Shown: positions 1-36,206 of the stretch, piece after piece
Position numbering within the stretch: the first letter of the stretch is position 1
How the letters are laid out: every line of letters starts with the position of its first letter
Origin: Cetorhinus maximus
Taxonomy: Eukaryota
DNA length: 64,000 nucleotides
Assembly (NCBI RefSeq): GCF_964194155.1
Contig: NC_135893.1
Location: 57,970,001 to 58,034,000, forward strand
Reading direction: 5' to 3'
Position numbers and translations under genes: made by a program
Notes under the pieces: model-generated
What the model was told of the DNA's origin: nothing
Databases searched by the model: none
Seen by the model: the letters and a program-made list of their open reading frames with translations, nothing else

Positions 1-120
1 TAATTACCTGGTTAATGGCCTTAATAGGCCTATCAATTATCGACAGGTGCACAGCTGACTCTGGCGCGCACCCGCCAAACGAAATATCGTGCGACTTTGC
101 GATGACGTCGGGACGCACAC
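1..120. mobile_element. Fragment of the same MITE-like family as 5469-6125
   Basis: Visible similarity to about 5970-6070 (aggcct...cagc.gact...cccgccaaac.gaaa). Confidence 0.5.
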
Positions 121-429
121 CCTTTGAAGGGTTAAACTGGCAGGGGAAGCTGCTTTGGAAAAAGGAAATTAGGGTTTAAAAGGGAATCTGGAGTTTCTTT
201 TTTCACGCAAAGGGTAATACAGTTATGAAATATGTTACCATTGAAGAACATTGAAGTAGATGGGTATAATGGGTTGAACAGCCAGCTATGTATGTTTCTG
301 ATTAATTTACCTTAAGGAAAAGCTGTGTAAGTAGAATTATATACATACATATAAGTGCATATATTTTTTTCAATGAATACATACAGCTTTACCCTCTGCC
401 TAGCCAATGTTCAGCCCAGGTCTCTCAGT

Positions 430-1662
430 CTGGGTCTCACTGCAGTACAGGAGTGTGGTGATGACAACTACTCTGTAACACTAGGACTTTTGTTGTCAAG
501 CACTCGCTGCTATGGCTTTTAGAAGGCTGATTCAGTGTTGGATCTCCTTATCAATGGTGGCCTTCGAGAGAGATGATTGTTCACATATTCCAGAGTCTGC
601 CCTTCAACATATAAGAACATAAGCACTAGGAGCAGGAGTAGGCAATTCAGCCCCTCGAGCCTGCCCCGCCATTCATTACAATCATGGCTGATCTCATTTC
701 AGCCTCAACTCCAATTTCGCACCCTCTCCCCATGACCTTTCAACCCATTACTAATTATAAGAAGATGGGAGATGGGATATATGGGAGATGGAATATTTGG
801 CTGACCAGGTATGGGTTGACATATGAGATTTATTTTGGTAACATTCAAGGGCAAGCTGAGTTTCTTGTATGCAGAATTGAAGAAATTGAGAGTGGCTTGC
901 AAATCTGCTGCAGAGTGGGCATCAACACTGCAGTCATCCACAAACTGTCGATAGTGTATCTCTTTGGTGGTCAGTTTTGTTTTAGCATGGAGGTGACTGA
1001 GGTTAGAGTTTTCCATCTAGGTGGTATTTAATACTGACACCAGAGGTCTGTTGATCTTTGATGAAGTGAATAACCAGGTGAATCAATGTATCAGTATACA
1101 AGAGCGCTCGAGAAATTCCATCAGCAGTGCCTCTGCCGCATCTTCCGGGTTCAGTGGGAGGAACATTGAACAAATGCTAGTGTCCTTCTTGAAGTCAGCT
1201 CTACAAGTATTCAGGCAAAACTCCTGTAAGATCAACTTCGAAGGACTAGACACTGTCTAGATGGCTGAAAAGCATCTCCTCCGCTAAGCCGTTTTCTCAA
1301 CTCTCTAATGGCCAATATTCCAGGGGAGGGCAAAGAAAATGCTTCAAAGACACTCTGAAGTCCCCCTTGAAGCGCAGCAGCATTGACATTAATGACTGGG
1401 AGGAGCTTGCTGCCAATTGTTCAAAATGACGAAAACTTGTCCATCAAGCTGCATCAGGCTTTGAGTCCCAACATCTTGATGAGGCAGAGTGACAGCAGCA
1501 AAGGAAAGAAAAAGAAACAAATCCTTCACTCCAGATTCTGCATTCTGCCCTATGTTCCCAATTACCTGTGGGTTGAGAAACAGCCACATGGAGATCCATG
1601 GCAGAAACTCAACACCCTGAGGAGACGTTATCCTCAAATCAAGAGACAATTGATGATGATGA
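430..1662. mobile_element. Degenerate RTE-clade LINE with inverted 5' part
   Basis: About 430-1043 on minus encodes RT (AKTK...QFVDDC...AHS...NVTK, TLLYCSE). About 1105-1662 on plus encodes the C-terminus (LEKFHQQCL...KCFKDTLK) and ends in (TGA)n. Confidence 0.8.
607..760 (-). mobile_element. CR1-type LINE 3' end inserted in the RTE copy
   Basis: aagaacataag...ggagcaggagtaggc..ttcagcccctcgagcctgc is the reverse complement of the CR1 tails at about 34100 and 60150. Confidence 0.75.
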
Positions 1663-1950
1663 ACCTGTGCTGTACCTGTCTTGTGAATATCTGATGTGAT
1701 ATTGTAGATGCATCTGTACTTTTTGTCTGAGCGGTGCTGTACCTGTCCTGGAACTATTTGATAGGACAGTATAGAGGGAGTTTTGCTTTGTATCTATACT
1801 ATGCTGTACATGTCCTGGGAGTATTTGATAAGACAGTGTAGAGGGATCTTCACTCTATATACCTGTGCTGTTCCTGCTTTGGGAATGATTGGTGATTTAT
1901 TGTGGCAAAAACCTTTTTCTGTTTCTCACCTGTGCTGTTCTTGGACTAGG
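1663..1950. repeat. Degenerate satellite-like tandem repeat, unit about 65-70 bp
   Basis: Recurring cctgtgctgtacctgtcctgg...tttgat...gacagtgtagaggga; related copy at about 63395-63520. Confidence 0.7.
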
Positions 1951-2148
1951 AGTTTCTGGTTCTAACACTGGGAGCCAATAGACCTTAGTGTACTATTCCA
2001 CATAACTATCTTACCCTGGTGAGCAGTTATTCCTGATAGGGGTGATCTTTTTCCCCCCATTTTGTTAGGTTAGATGTGAAACATATTTTACGTCAATAAT
2101 AAAAACAGAAATGCTGGAAACACTCAGCAGGTTTGGCAGCATTTGTGA

Positions 2149-15612
<13,464 letters not shown>

Positions 15613-18600
15613 ACCACTATACTTGCCTGCGTTTCAACTATGCCAACATAAAGACTTTGCAGAGCCAGAGAAGTAGGAAGAAATGCCGCAGGCAATATGC
15701 TTGTGGTATCCTTTTGTGGAACTGAGGGACGTGCTCCTCAAGCTGGTGTTCTTCATGTCGGGTAGAACAAGACTACGTCCTCAGAGAACAGGAGAAAGCT
15801 GGCTCACTTAACCCCTTCATTGGCACAAATCTATGTTTGGAACCTCCAAGTCACAACAACAGTACAAACCTGTTTGGCTGACACTTCATGGGTAAGATTG
15901 ACAACAATCCCATAGAATTTGTGAAATTGTTCACAGACTGGGAGACAGCTCTGCTAATATAGACACCCACGATACTACCAGTCAAATGGACTGTCCACCA
16001 GGGACACAAGGAGCTGAGACACAAGGGAGAAATAAGTGACCCGTTAACATTGCTGCAGCTTTTAAAAATGACACCACAGGAAAACTTTCTGTCACTCTGG
16101 GTTAAGGAGGGCCAACTGTGTGCTGGAGACATTGTTGGGAGAGACTGGAAAGGTGAAAAATGAAAGGATCCTCCTGTTTATATATAAACTGAATTGACTA
16201 ATTAACAAGTTTGTGCCATACAGACAGCCACTGACTGGTGCAGAGGTTAAGACTAGAGGGCAGCAGGTAAACATGTCAGATCAATAGGTTGTTCCATTAT
16301 ATGTGTTTATAGTTTCACTCTGTAAGAATGGTTTCTTTAGTAACAAAAAATAATGATCAGGAGAGCGACAAGTTACTTGATAAGAATTTTATGCTTTGTC
16401 ACTAACTCAAGAAGGGAGAAAGATGGCACAGATCCCAACATCAATCTGCAGTGTTGGAACAGTTGATTCTGGAAATGTCATCAGAGTGCATTGTTGATTT
16501 ATGAAGAATCTGATATTTGTGATGAACGTTTACAGGAAAGCATTGGCACAGCATGATCTTATGCTAGTGCTTGGAGAGCTTTTCTACAGAGACTATTTTC
16601 ATCATATTGAATAATTAATACAACCTATTTTTTTAATAAGGATTTTAATTATATCTGAACAGCCAAAGCAACTTTTCACATCTTATGTCTGCAAACATTA
16701 CCATCATTTTTCCCTCCTCTCCTGAAGCATTGATGCCTTGCTGGGTTATACTTTCAGGAAGAGGTGGGGGCAGTAGTGAATAGCGTTCAGGAGCAGGAAT
16801 CATTATTGGACCCACTGCTAACCCCCACCCCTGTCTGATATCAGCTAGCTCTGCACAAATCCCAATACCTGCCGGTTCTGCATGGTTCAGCTACTCAAAC
16901 CCTTCATGAGTCAGCACACCAGGGAGGGCCAAGCATTATTAGGGTTCATAACTGAGCAAATACAGCCCAACTTTCTGCAGGCTGCATGCATTGTCCACTA
17001 ATGAGGTATAACATGGATTTAAAATGAGCACTCACAATTAGGAGTGAGCATATCCCCACCCGCCCCCGTCCTCGTGAACACAGTAACCTGTGCTGCTGCT
17101 ATTGGTTTGTGTGATGCTGAATGGTGTTAAACATAGAAAGATTTACGGCACAGAAAGGGTCCATTCAGCCTATCCAGCTGAAAAACAGCTATCCGGTCCA
17201 ATCCCACATTCCAGCTCATGATCTGTAGCCCTTTAGCTTAAGACACCTCAAGTGCACATTCGAGTAATTTTAAAATGCAATTAAAGTTTCTGCCTCTGTC
17301 AGCCTTTTAGGTAGTGAGTTCCAGACCCTCCACAACCCCCCGGGTGAAAAAAACTCTCAACTCCTCTCTAATGCCTCAACCAATTACTTAAAATCTATGC
17401 CCCTTGGGTGTTGATCTCTGTGCGAATGGAATTAGGTAACAGCAATTTGTGTATTTTTAAAATAAAATCAATGATTTGGGGTGGGTGAAAAATTGTTTGC
17501 TGCAGATGGATTATAGGAATAGATGCAATAAGAGCTCTATAAAGGTTTATGAAACACTGAAACACTAGGAACATTCTGAAGCGCATTATCTTTAGTCTGA
17601 GGTTTGAATGTTTCCAGACAGCAGAATGGTTAATCTCCAATCTATCATTAGAGTTAGCTGGCTAATTTGCAGATTATAAACTATTTACACTGACATTAGA
17701 GAGGTGTTTGACACATTTGTCCTGTAGGTTCCATTCACATCGTCAAGTCTCAATGATTTTGTACCTGCAGTTCCTAATGTATTTACACTATTTTCCTGAC
17801 ATTCTTGAACCATTTCTTGACAGTTTATACCTTCAGATTGTAATGCATTTACACTAATATTCCCTGACACCATAGTTCCTGGTGAATTTGGCTGTTTTAG
17901 TGAAAATCACTGGCTGGATGGATTCAGGGGCTGGCAGTGCAAGAATCCCTGTAAGGCCAACATGAAAACAGCTGTTTTTTCTGCTGTATTTGTTGGACTC
18001 CTCTAAATATTTGCATCTGAGCTCAAATGTCAGAGACTGCCTGTCATTCAACTTAGCCTACCTCATATAATCACTTTTTCCATTGTTTAAATCTCCTAAA
18101 AGAGTTAAGGCAATGAGACCCACAGCCTGGTCTGTCAGTCGGGAGAAATAAAATGGCTTTAGATGTTGTGGCAAGATGTGGCTATTCCTTAACTCAAAAG
18201 AAAGGGGGTTCCTGAGGTGGTGGGTTTTCGATGCATTGGCTGAATGGTAACCTTTGGTGCTATGGTACTGCCTATAATATGATAAATGCTAAGGATGTTA
18301 CTTTCTTTACAAGCTTTGTACTAGTACCATGTCTCTGGGTGAACCAGTGAGTGAAATATAGCTAAATTCAATCCAATTAATCCTTTGTAAAGAGAACTCT
18401 CATTAAGCTGCAGAGCTGGAGAATGTGTACCAGCAGACCTAAAGCCCAAGACAGATTGAGCAGAGCCAGATTTTCCTCATCTCCCACACCAACAGAGCCT
18501 TTGCATGCAGTGGGGACTTATCAGAAAAGTCACTGCTCTAATGAATATGACACTCTACCTTTGGTGGAAAAAAATTGTGAAGAAAGCCTCTGGAATTTTT

Positions 18601-18977
18601 CCAATAAACTTTAAGGTGCACCAAATTCACATACTGCATGTGCCAGTATTAGAATTTGTCCATCAGCAGTGTGCCCCTGCTCCATTTTACAACCTATTCC
18701 CTTTTCCATTCAGACAATGTTCTTTAACTAAATAATGAGCTAATAATGCCAATGTTTTGAGTATTTTAAGCAACGCTGGTGACTGTATGAAACCTATTTT
18801 TAAAAGGGCAAGAGAAATTATGCCACATGATTTTATGTAAATAGAAACTTGTGAATCAATTTTATTTAAGCTTGCCTTCCTGTTGTTTATCTTTTATTTC
18901 TTGAATTATTGATTGTATATAGTAGAGATTATATAGTAAATAACAGAAATATCTTTTGTATTGGAAGTAGAGGGGAA

Positions 18978-18983
18978 AATAAA
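18978..18983 (+). terminator. Candidate distal polyadenylation signal of ERN2
   Basis: AATAAA after a long AU-rich tract (about 18790-18960), with U/GU-rich sequence downstream. Other AATAAA hexamers occur earlier (e.g. 17461). Confidence 0.4.
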
Positions 18984-19385
18984 ATTCATAAACACCAAGC
19001 TTGCTAGACTTTGTTCTTCAAATTGTAGATACACTGTCCACATGGTAATGGCAACATGCTTCTGACAGTAAATTGAATGTACTTCACAGATACCAAGTTG
19101 ACAATGGTGGGGGGTGGATAGTTTTCACTACTTTACCATCACCTACCCTTTCTGTTAATAGATCTTAAGTCCCTAGCAATCCAGATCTCTGACCCACTCA
19201 CCAGGGACAAAATTTGTGGAGGTCTTTCAACAGGCATGAGCCATTGACCAAAACAAGATTCCCACACATTTAGCCATGAGACTAATGACTGAGAAGAGCA
19301 CTAAATTGTTCTGAAATGTTGTGGTGCTTGTTCTTACATTCCATCTTTAAATCAAACCACTGCAAAAGTTATTCAAGAACAGATT

Positions 19386-19391
19386 TTTATT
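19386..19391 (-). terminator. Candidate polyadenylation signal of PLK1
   Basis: AATAAA on the minus strand about 730 nt after the PLK1 stop, in U-rich context. Confidence 0.6.
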
Positions 19392-20122
19392 TAATATGTT
19401 ACATTAAAAAATCTTATTAAGTACAAAATGTTCTCCCATTAAACAGAGACACCAGTGTCAACAGCTGTACATAAAAGTTGTTCCTAAGTTTGTCCAGCTG
19501 TTCTCGGGATAAGACTTTTTTGAAAAGAAATAGAGTCAAAGAAAAGCAAAAGACATTCATATCTTGAGGTGCCCATTTCAGCCTCTCATCCAAACAGCTA
19601 CATGCCAAACTGGAATCAGTCACCACATCTTTGTACTGTTCAAGAACACCATCTATCTAATAAATACCCTGGAGTTCCACAGGTAGATACCACTGGAGTT
19701 CCTCATATCAGAACTGGGTTGGTGAGGGGGGAAAAAGCAAGAGGAAGTGAGACAACTGTTGCCCGAGAAACAGCAGAACTCAAGATTGTAAAGTGCTTTT
19801 TGACATTTGGGTATAAAAGTGAAACAACTAGAACACCTGCAAAAAGGAATGAAAAAGCAAGTTTGATGGCACATAATGTACAGCTTAATTTACATGATCT
19901 CATCTGTCTCAAGTCACTACACACAATGGAGAATCATCATGTTTCTGCACAACCCCCAACTCGATTCAAAACATTGTTCACGAATATTTCAAAAGTGTTT
20001 TAATACAAAACTCGAGCCATACAAAAATGGAGGGGTTATTTACACAAATTGCTTGCCCCCTAAAATAGGAGAGTTGGTCAAATGGGGACAGACACAGGTC
20101 AGCCAGTCAGAAGCTCCAGTCT

Positions 20123-32496
<12,374 letters not shown>

Positions 32497-32689
32497 TTTT
32501 AACAGGTTCAATGCAGGGGGTGGGGGGGGAGAAAAACAAAGTCCCAAAGAGACTCCTTTCCGGGCCTGTAGTACCCGGGTTGCTGCAGAGCCTTAGGCTC
32601 GGGTACTGCTTGAATCTCTGATGCCGTTGTTGAAGGGAGGAGGCTGCAAAGTACCCGGCGCGTCCGTCCCAGGCCACCAGCTCGCGGGC

Positions 32690-32860
32690 TCTGATTCAAA
32701 TCTGGAGCGTCGACAGTTAGCGAGCTAGGCGCCGCTTCCTATTGGCTGATTCCATTTAAATAGAACTGAATGCTGAATGCCGGGAGAGAACGGTTTAAAT
32801 GCACCCGGGCGACTGCCTAGCAACCGGGGCGATTGACAGGTCTGTGCACCAATCAGAGCG
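32690..32860 (-). promoter_or_regulatory. PLK1 G2/M promoter: CHR element plus CCAAT boxes in CpG-rich DNA
   Basis: TTTGAA (CHR) on the minus strand at 32695-32700; CCAAT boxes at 32741-32745 (-) and 32849-32853 (+). This is the known DREAM/MMB-NF-Y layout of PLK1-type promoters. Confidence 0.7.
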
Positions 32861-32884
32861 CCGCTAAACCCTTGCATGCTATTT

Positions 32885-33490
32885 CCGTGGAACCAGAGAA
32901 AAGTTACAGCACAGAAAGAGGCCATTCAGCCCATCGTGTCTGCACAGGCCGAGAAAGGGAAAAAAAAATAACAAGCTAGCTGCCCACTCTAATCCCACCT
33001 TCGAGCACCGGGTCCGTAGTCTTGTTGGTTACAAAACTTTACGTGCAGATCCAGGTACCTTTCAAATGACTTGAGAGTTTCTACATCCACCACCAAGCCA
33101 GGCAGTGAATTCCAAACACCCACCACCTTCTGGACAGAGAAGTTTTTCCTCATATCCCCTCTAATCCTTAAATCTGTGCCCCCCTGGTAATTGACCTCTT
33201 CACTAGGGGAAACAGCATCCCTACTCTATCCAGGCCCCTCATAATCTTGTACAGCTCATTACATCACCCTTCCACCCCCTCCGTTCCAAGGAAAACAACC
33301 CCAACTGCAGGGCGACCACCTTCTGAAACGTGCTATCCATGCTCTCATCCTCTCGAATACACCTCAAGTTCCAAGATATGGCGCTCGAATTTTTCCATTT
33401 GGTGGCACTTTCTGTACATGTAGTTGGCAGGATATGGGTAGTGTCCTGGAGTCTCCACATGGTACAGGATGTGCACTCCATGGGTATGAG
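32885..33490 (-). mobile_element. Internally deleted CR1 (ORF1 head joined to the 3' end) abutting the PLK1 promoter
   Basis: MECTSCTMW... ORF1 start runs directly into LGLFSLERR, then the CR1 3' tail. Confidence 0.7.
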
Positions 33491-33884
33491 CAGCCCTCAC
33501 ATGCCTCAAATTATTTATTTACTGCATCAAAATTGGAACTTAAGTAAACACAATAAAATGTTAATTAACTCTCACTCTGTCCTCGCACCAGTTATTTTCT
33601 TAAATCCCCAACTCTCTCACTGGAATTCTCAATCTGTCCTCATGCCAGTTTTTTTTTTCAAAGGAGCTTCTGGCTGAGAGGTAGGGACACCACTAATTAC
33701 ATATGCCACAAGACCTCCCCCAGAGACTATAGCGTATATAATCCAGGCTGACACTGCAAGTGCTGAGGGAGTGTTGCACTGTCTTTTGGATGAGAGTTAA
33801 ACTGAGACCCCGTCTACCCTCAAACACTAACCATGGGGATTTTTTAAAAAATCTTCACTCCTCTTCCATCTTCTCAGAAAAAAA

Positions 33885-34142
33885 GGTAGGCCATTTAGGA
33901 CTGAGATAAGGAGCAATTTCTTCACAGAGAGTGGTGAACCTTCGGAATTATCTATTTCAGAGGGCTGTGGGCAGTCATTGAATATATTCGATGCTGAGAT
34001 TGATAGATTTCTAGATAGTAAAGACATCAAGGGATATGGGGATAGTGTGGGAAAATGATGTTGAGGTAGATTAACCATGATCTAGTTGAATGGCAGAGAG
34101 GCTCAAGGAGCCGAATGGCCTACTCCTCCTATTTCTTATGCG
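33885..34142 (+). mobile_element. CR1 3' tail
   Basis: tttcttcacagagagtggtgaac...gaatggcctactcctcctatttcttatg. Confidence 0.75.
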
Positions 34143-34854
34143 AGTTTGCTCAAGTACGTTTTGCCTGGACTATGATTCCCAGTGGCCTCATGCAGATGCA
34201 GCAACCTTAGGAGGCAGCCTGATGCAATCTCTAGATATCAAGGTTGAGTTGGCCGAGACCCTTCATGACCTTGTGGTAAGCAGTTGCTTGGGGAGGAGGA
34301 GAAGTTCATGTAGAGTTCAGGAAGTAGAGGGAGGGGATGCTTACAGGGATGGCCAAACAGTCATAAATAGAAAATAATTACATAGAAATTACTGTAAAGT
34401 TACTAAAATAATTAAAGCATTCACAGAGGATCTGTGGAGATGGTTCTGAATTAGATAATTGGGGACATGATTATTTATATGCATGCACAAGGGCTCCATT
34501 TATGGTCCTGTTATGTATCGAGTATAGGGTACAATGTATCCTAGCTTTACATTTAAGTTACTGCACTAACTACTGTCACACAAACACTAACATTTTCACT
34601 TCTTAGGAAAGGGGACAGTATTTGGAGATTTGGAACTAGAAATCATTGGGAGAGGAATATTGAAGCAATTGAGAAAGGCTGAGAGAAAATGAAGACTGCT
34701 AATGAGCACTGACTGGGGAATGGTCATAATTCAGAGCTGAAGGACAATGAGTTGCAGGTAGAAACCATAATAAGCTGGAGAAGAAGACTTGGAGCCACAC
34801 CAGACCCAGAGAAAATGTACAGAGCATCGGTGAGATGCAGCTAGAGTACTGCCG

Positions 34855-35872
34855 TCTGGTGTCAGTATTAAATACGGTCTAAATGGAAAGCTTTGATTGC
34901 CTCAGTGCCAAAACTAAACTGACCACCATAGAAATACATGATCTACTGTTTGCAGATGACTCCAGTATCATTTCCCACTCTTCACTAGACTTGCAAATCA
35001 CTCTTGATCTCAACTTTGTGGACAAGAAACTCGGCCTGTCCTTGAATGTTGACAGAACAAAACTCAAATCAATCCACACCAGATCAGCCAAATATTCCAC
35101 CTCCTATGCATGTTAAAAGAGAGATTCTGGAAAATGTTGAACACTTCCCATACCTCAGCAGCCACCTCTGTCAAAAGGCCACTATCAATGGTGAGATCCA
35201 ATACCAGATCTGCTGAATCAGTTCAGCCTTCGGCAAATTACGGCAGCGAGCTATTGACAACAAAGACTCCCACAAGTCAACAAAAGTCCTAGTGTACACG
35301 TGGACTGTGTACCAGCAACACACAAAAACGCTAGAGAATTTCCACCAGCAAAGCCTCTGTTGGATCCTCCAGATTCAATGAATGGGAGGACCATTGCACA
35401 AATGTCAGTGTCCTTCTTGAAACCAACTCCATAAGCATTCGGGCAAAACTGCAAAATCAACTTCGATGGATTGGACAGTGTGTCCAGATGGCCAAAAAGT
35501 GCCAGATTCTGTTTTCCCAATTCTCAAACGGCCAACGTTCTAGGGGATGCCAAAGAAAATGCTTTAAAGACATTCTGAATCTCTCCTTGAAGCATGACAG
35601 CATTGACATTAATGACTGGGAGGAACTTGCCAGACAACTTGTCCCTCAAGCTGCATCACATTTTGAGTCACAATGTCTTAACGAGGCAAAGGAGAAAAGG
35701 AAGAAAATCCTGCACTCCAGATCCCTTTGTGTCATGGGACCTCCTGACCCCTGTGCCTAAAGATCTGGTGGTCAAGAATTGACCTGTTTAGTCAGATAAA
35801 GACCCATAGCAGAAATTCACAATCCTAGGTAGACGTAATCTTTGAATTGAGGGGCAGCCGATGACGACAACT
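34855..35872 (+). mobile_element. Degenerate RTE-clade LINE 3' fragment
   Basis: AKTKLTTIEIHDLLFADD..., GQRSRGCQRKCFKDILN; ends gatgacgac. Confidence 0.85.
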
Positions 35873-35879
35873 GCGAATG

Positions 35880-36206
35880 GGGCAGGTTATGATGATTTGA
35901 TGTGTAACGAGGCTAAGGCAGGTTATGGTGATGATTTGGTGCATACTGCGGGTGAGGCAGGTTACGGTAACGACTTGGTGCATACTGCGGGTGAGGTAGA
36001 CTATGGTGATGATTTGGTGCATACTGTGGGTGAGGCAGATTATGGTGATGATTTGGTGCATACTGTGGGTGAGGCAGGTTATGGTGATGATTTGGTGCAT
36101 ACTGTGGGTGAGGCAGATTATGGTGATGATTTGGTGCATACTGTGGGTGAGGCAGATTATGGTGATGATTTGGTGCGTACTGCGGGTGAGGCAGGTTATG
36201 GTGATT
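35880..36206. repeat. 39-bp minisatellite, about 8 copies
   Basis: Unit ggtgaggcag(g/a)ttatggtgatgatttggtgcatactg(t/c)g. Confidence 0.95.

Noticed and set aside
32497-32547. N-terminal extension of PLK1 shown in the ORF track ([10 protein letters not shown]...)
   Set aside because: It starts at a non-ATG codon; the first ATG is at 32496.
32578-32595. IRE1-type CUGCAG cleavage loop in the PLK1 5' leader
   Set aside because: On the mRNA strand the bases flanking the 7-nt loop do not form the required closing stem.
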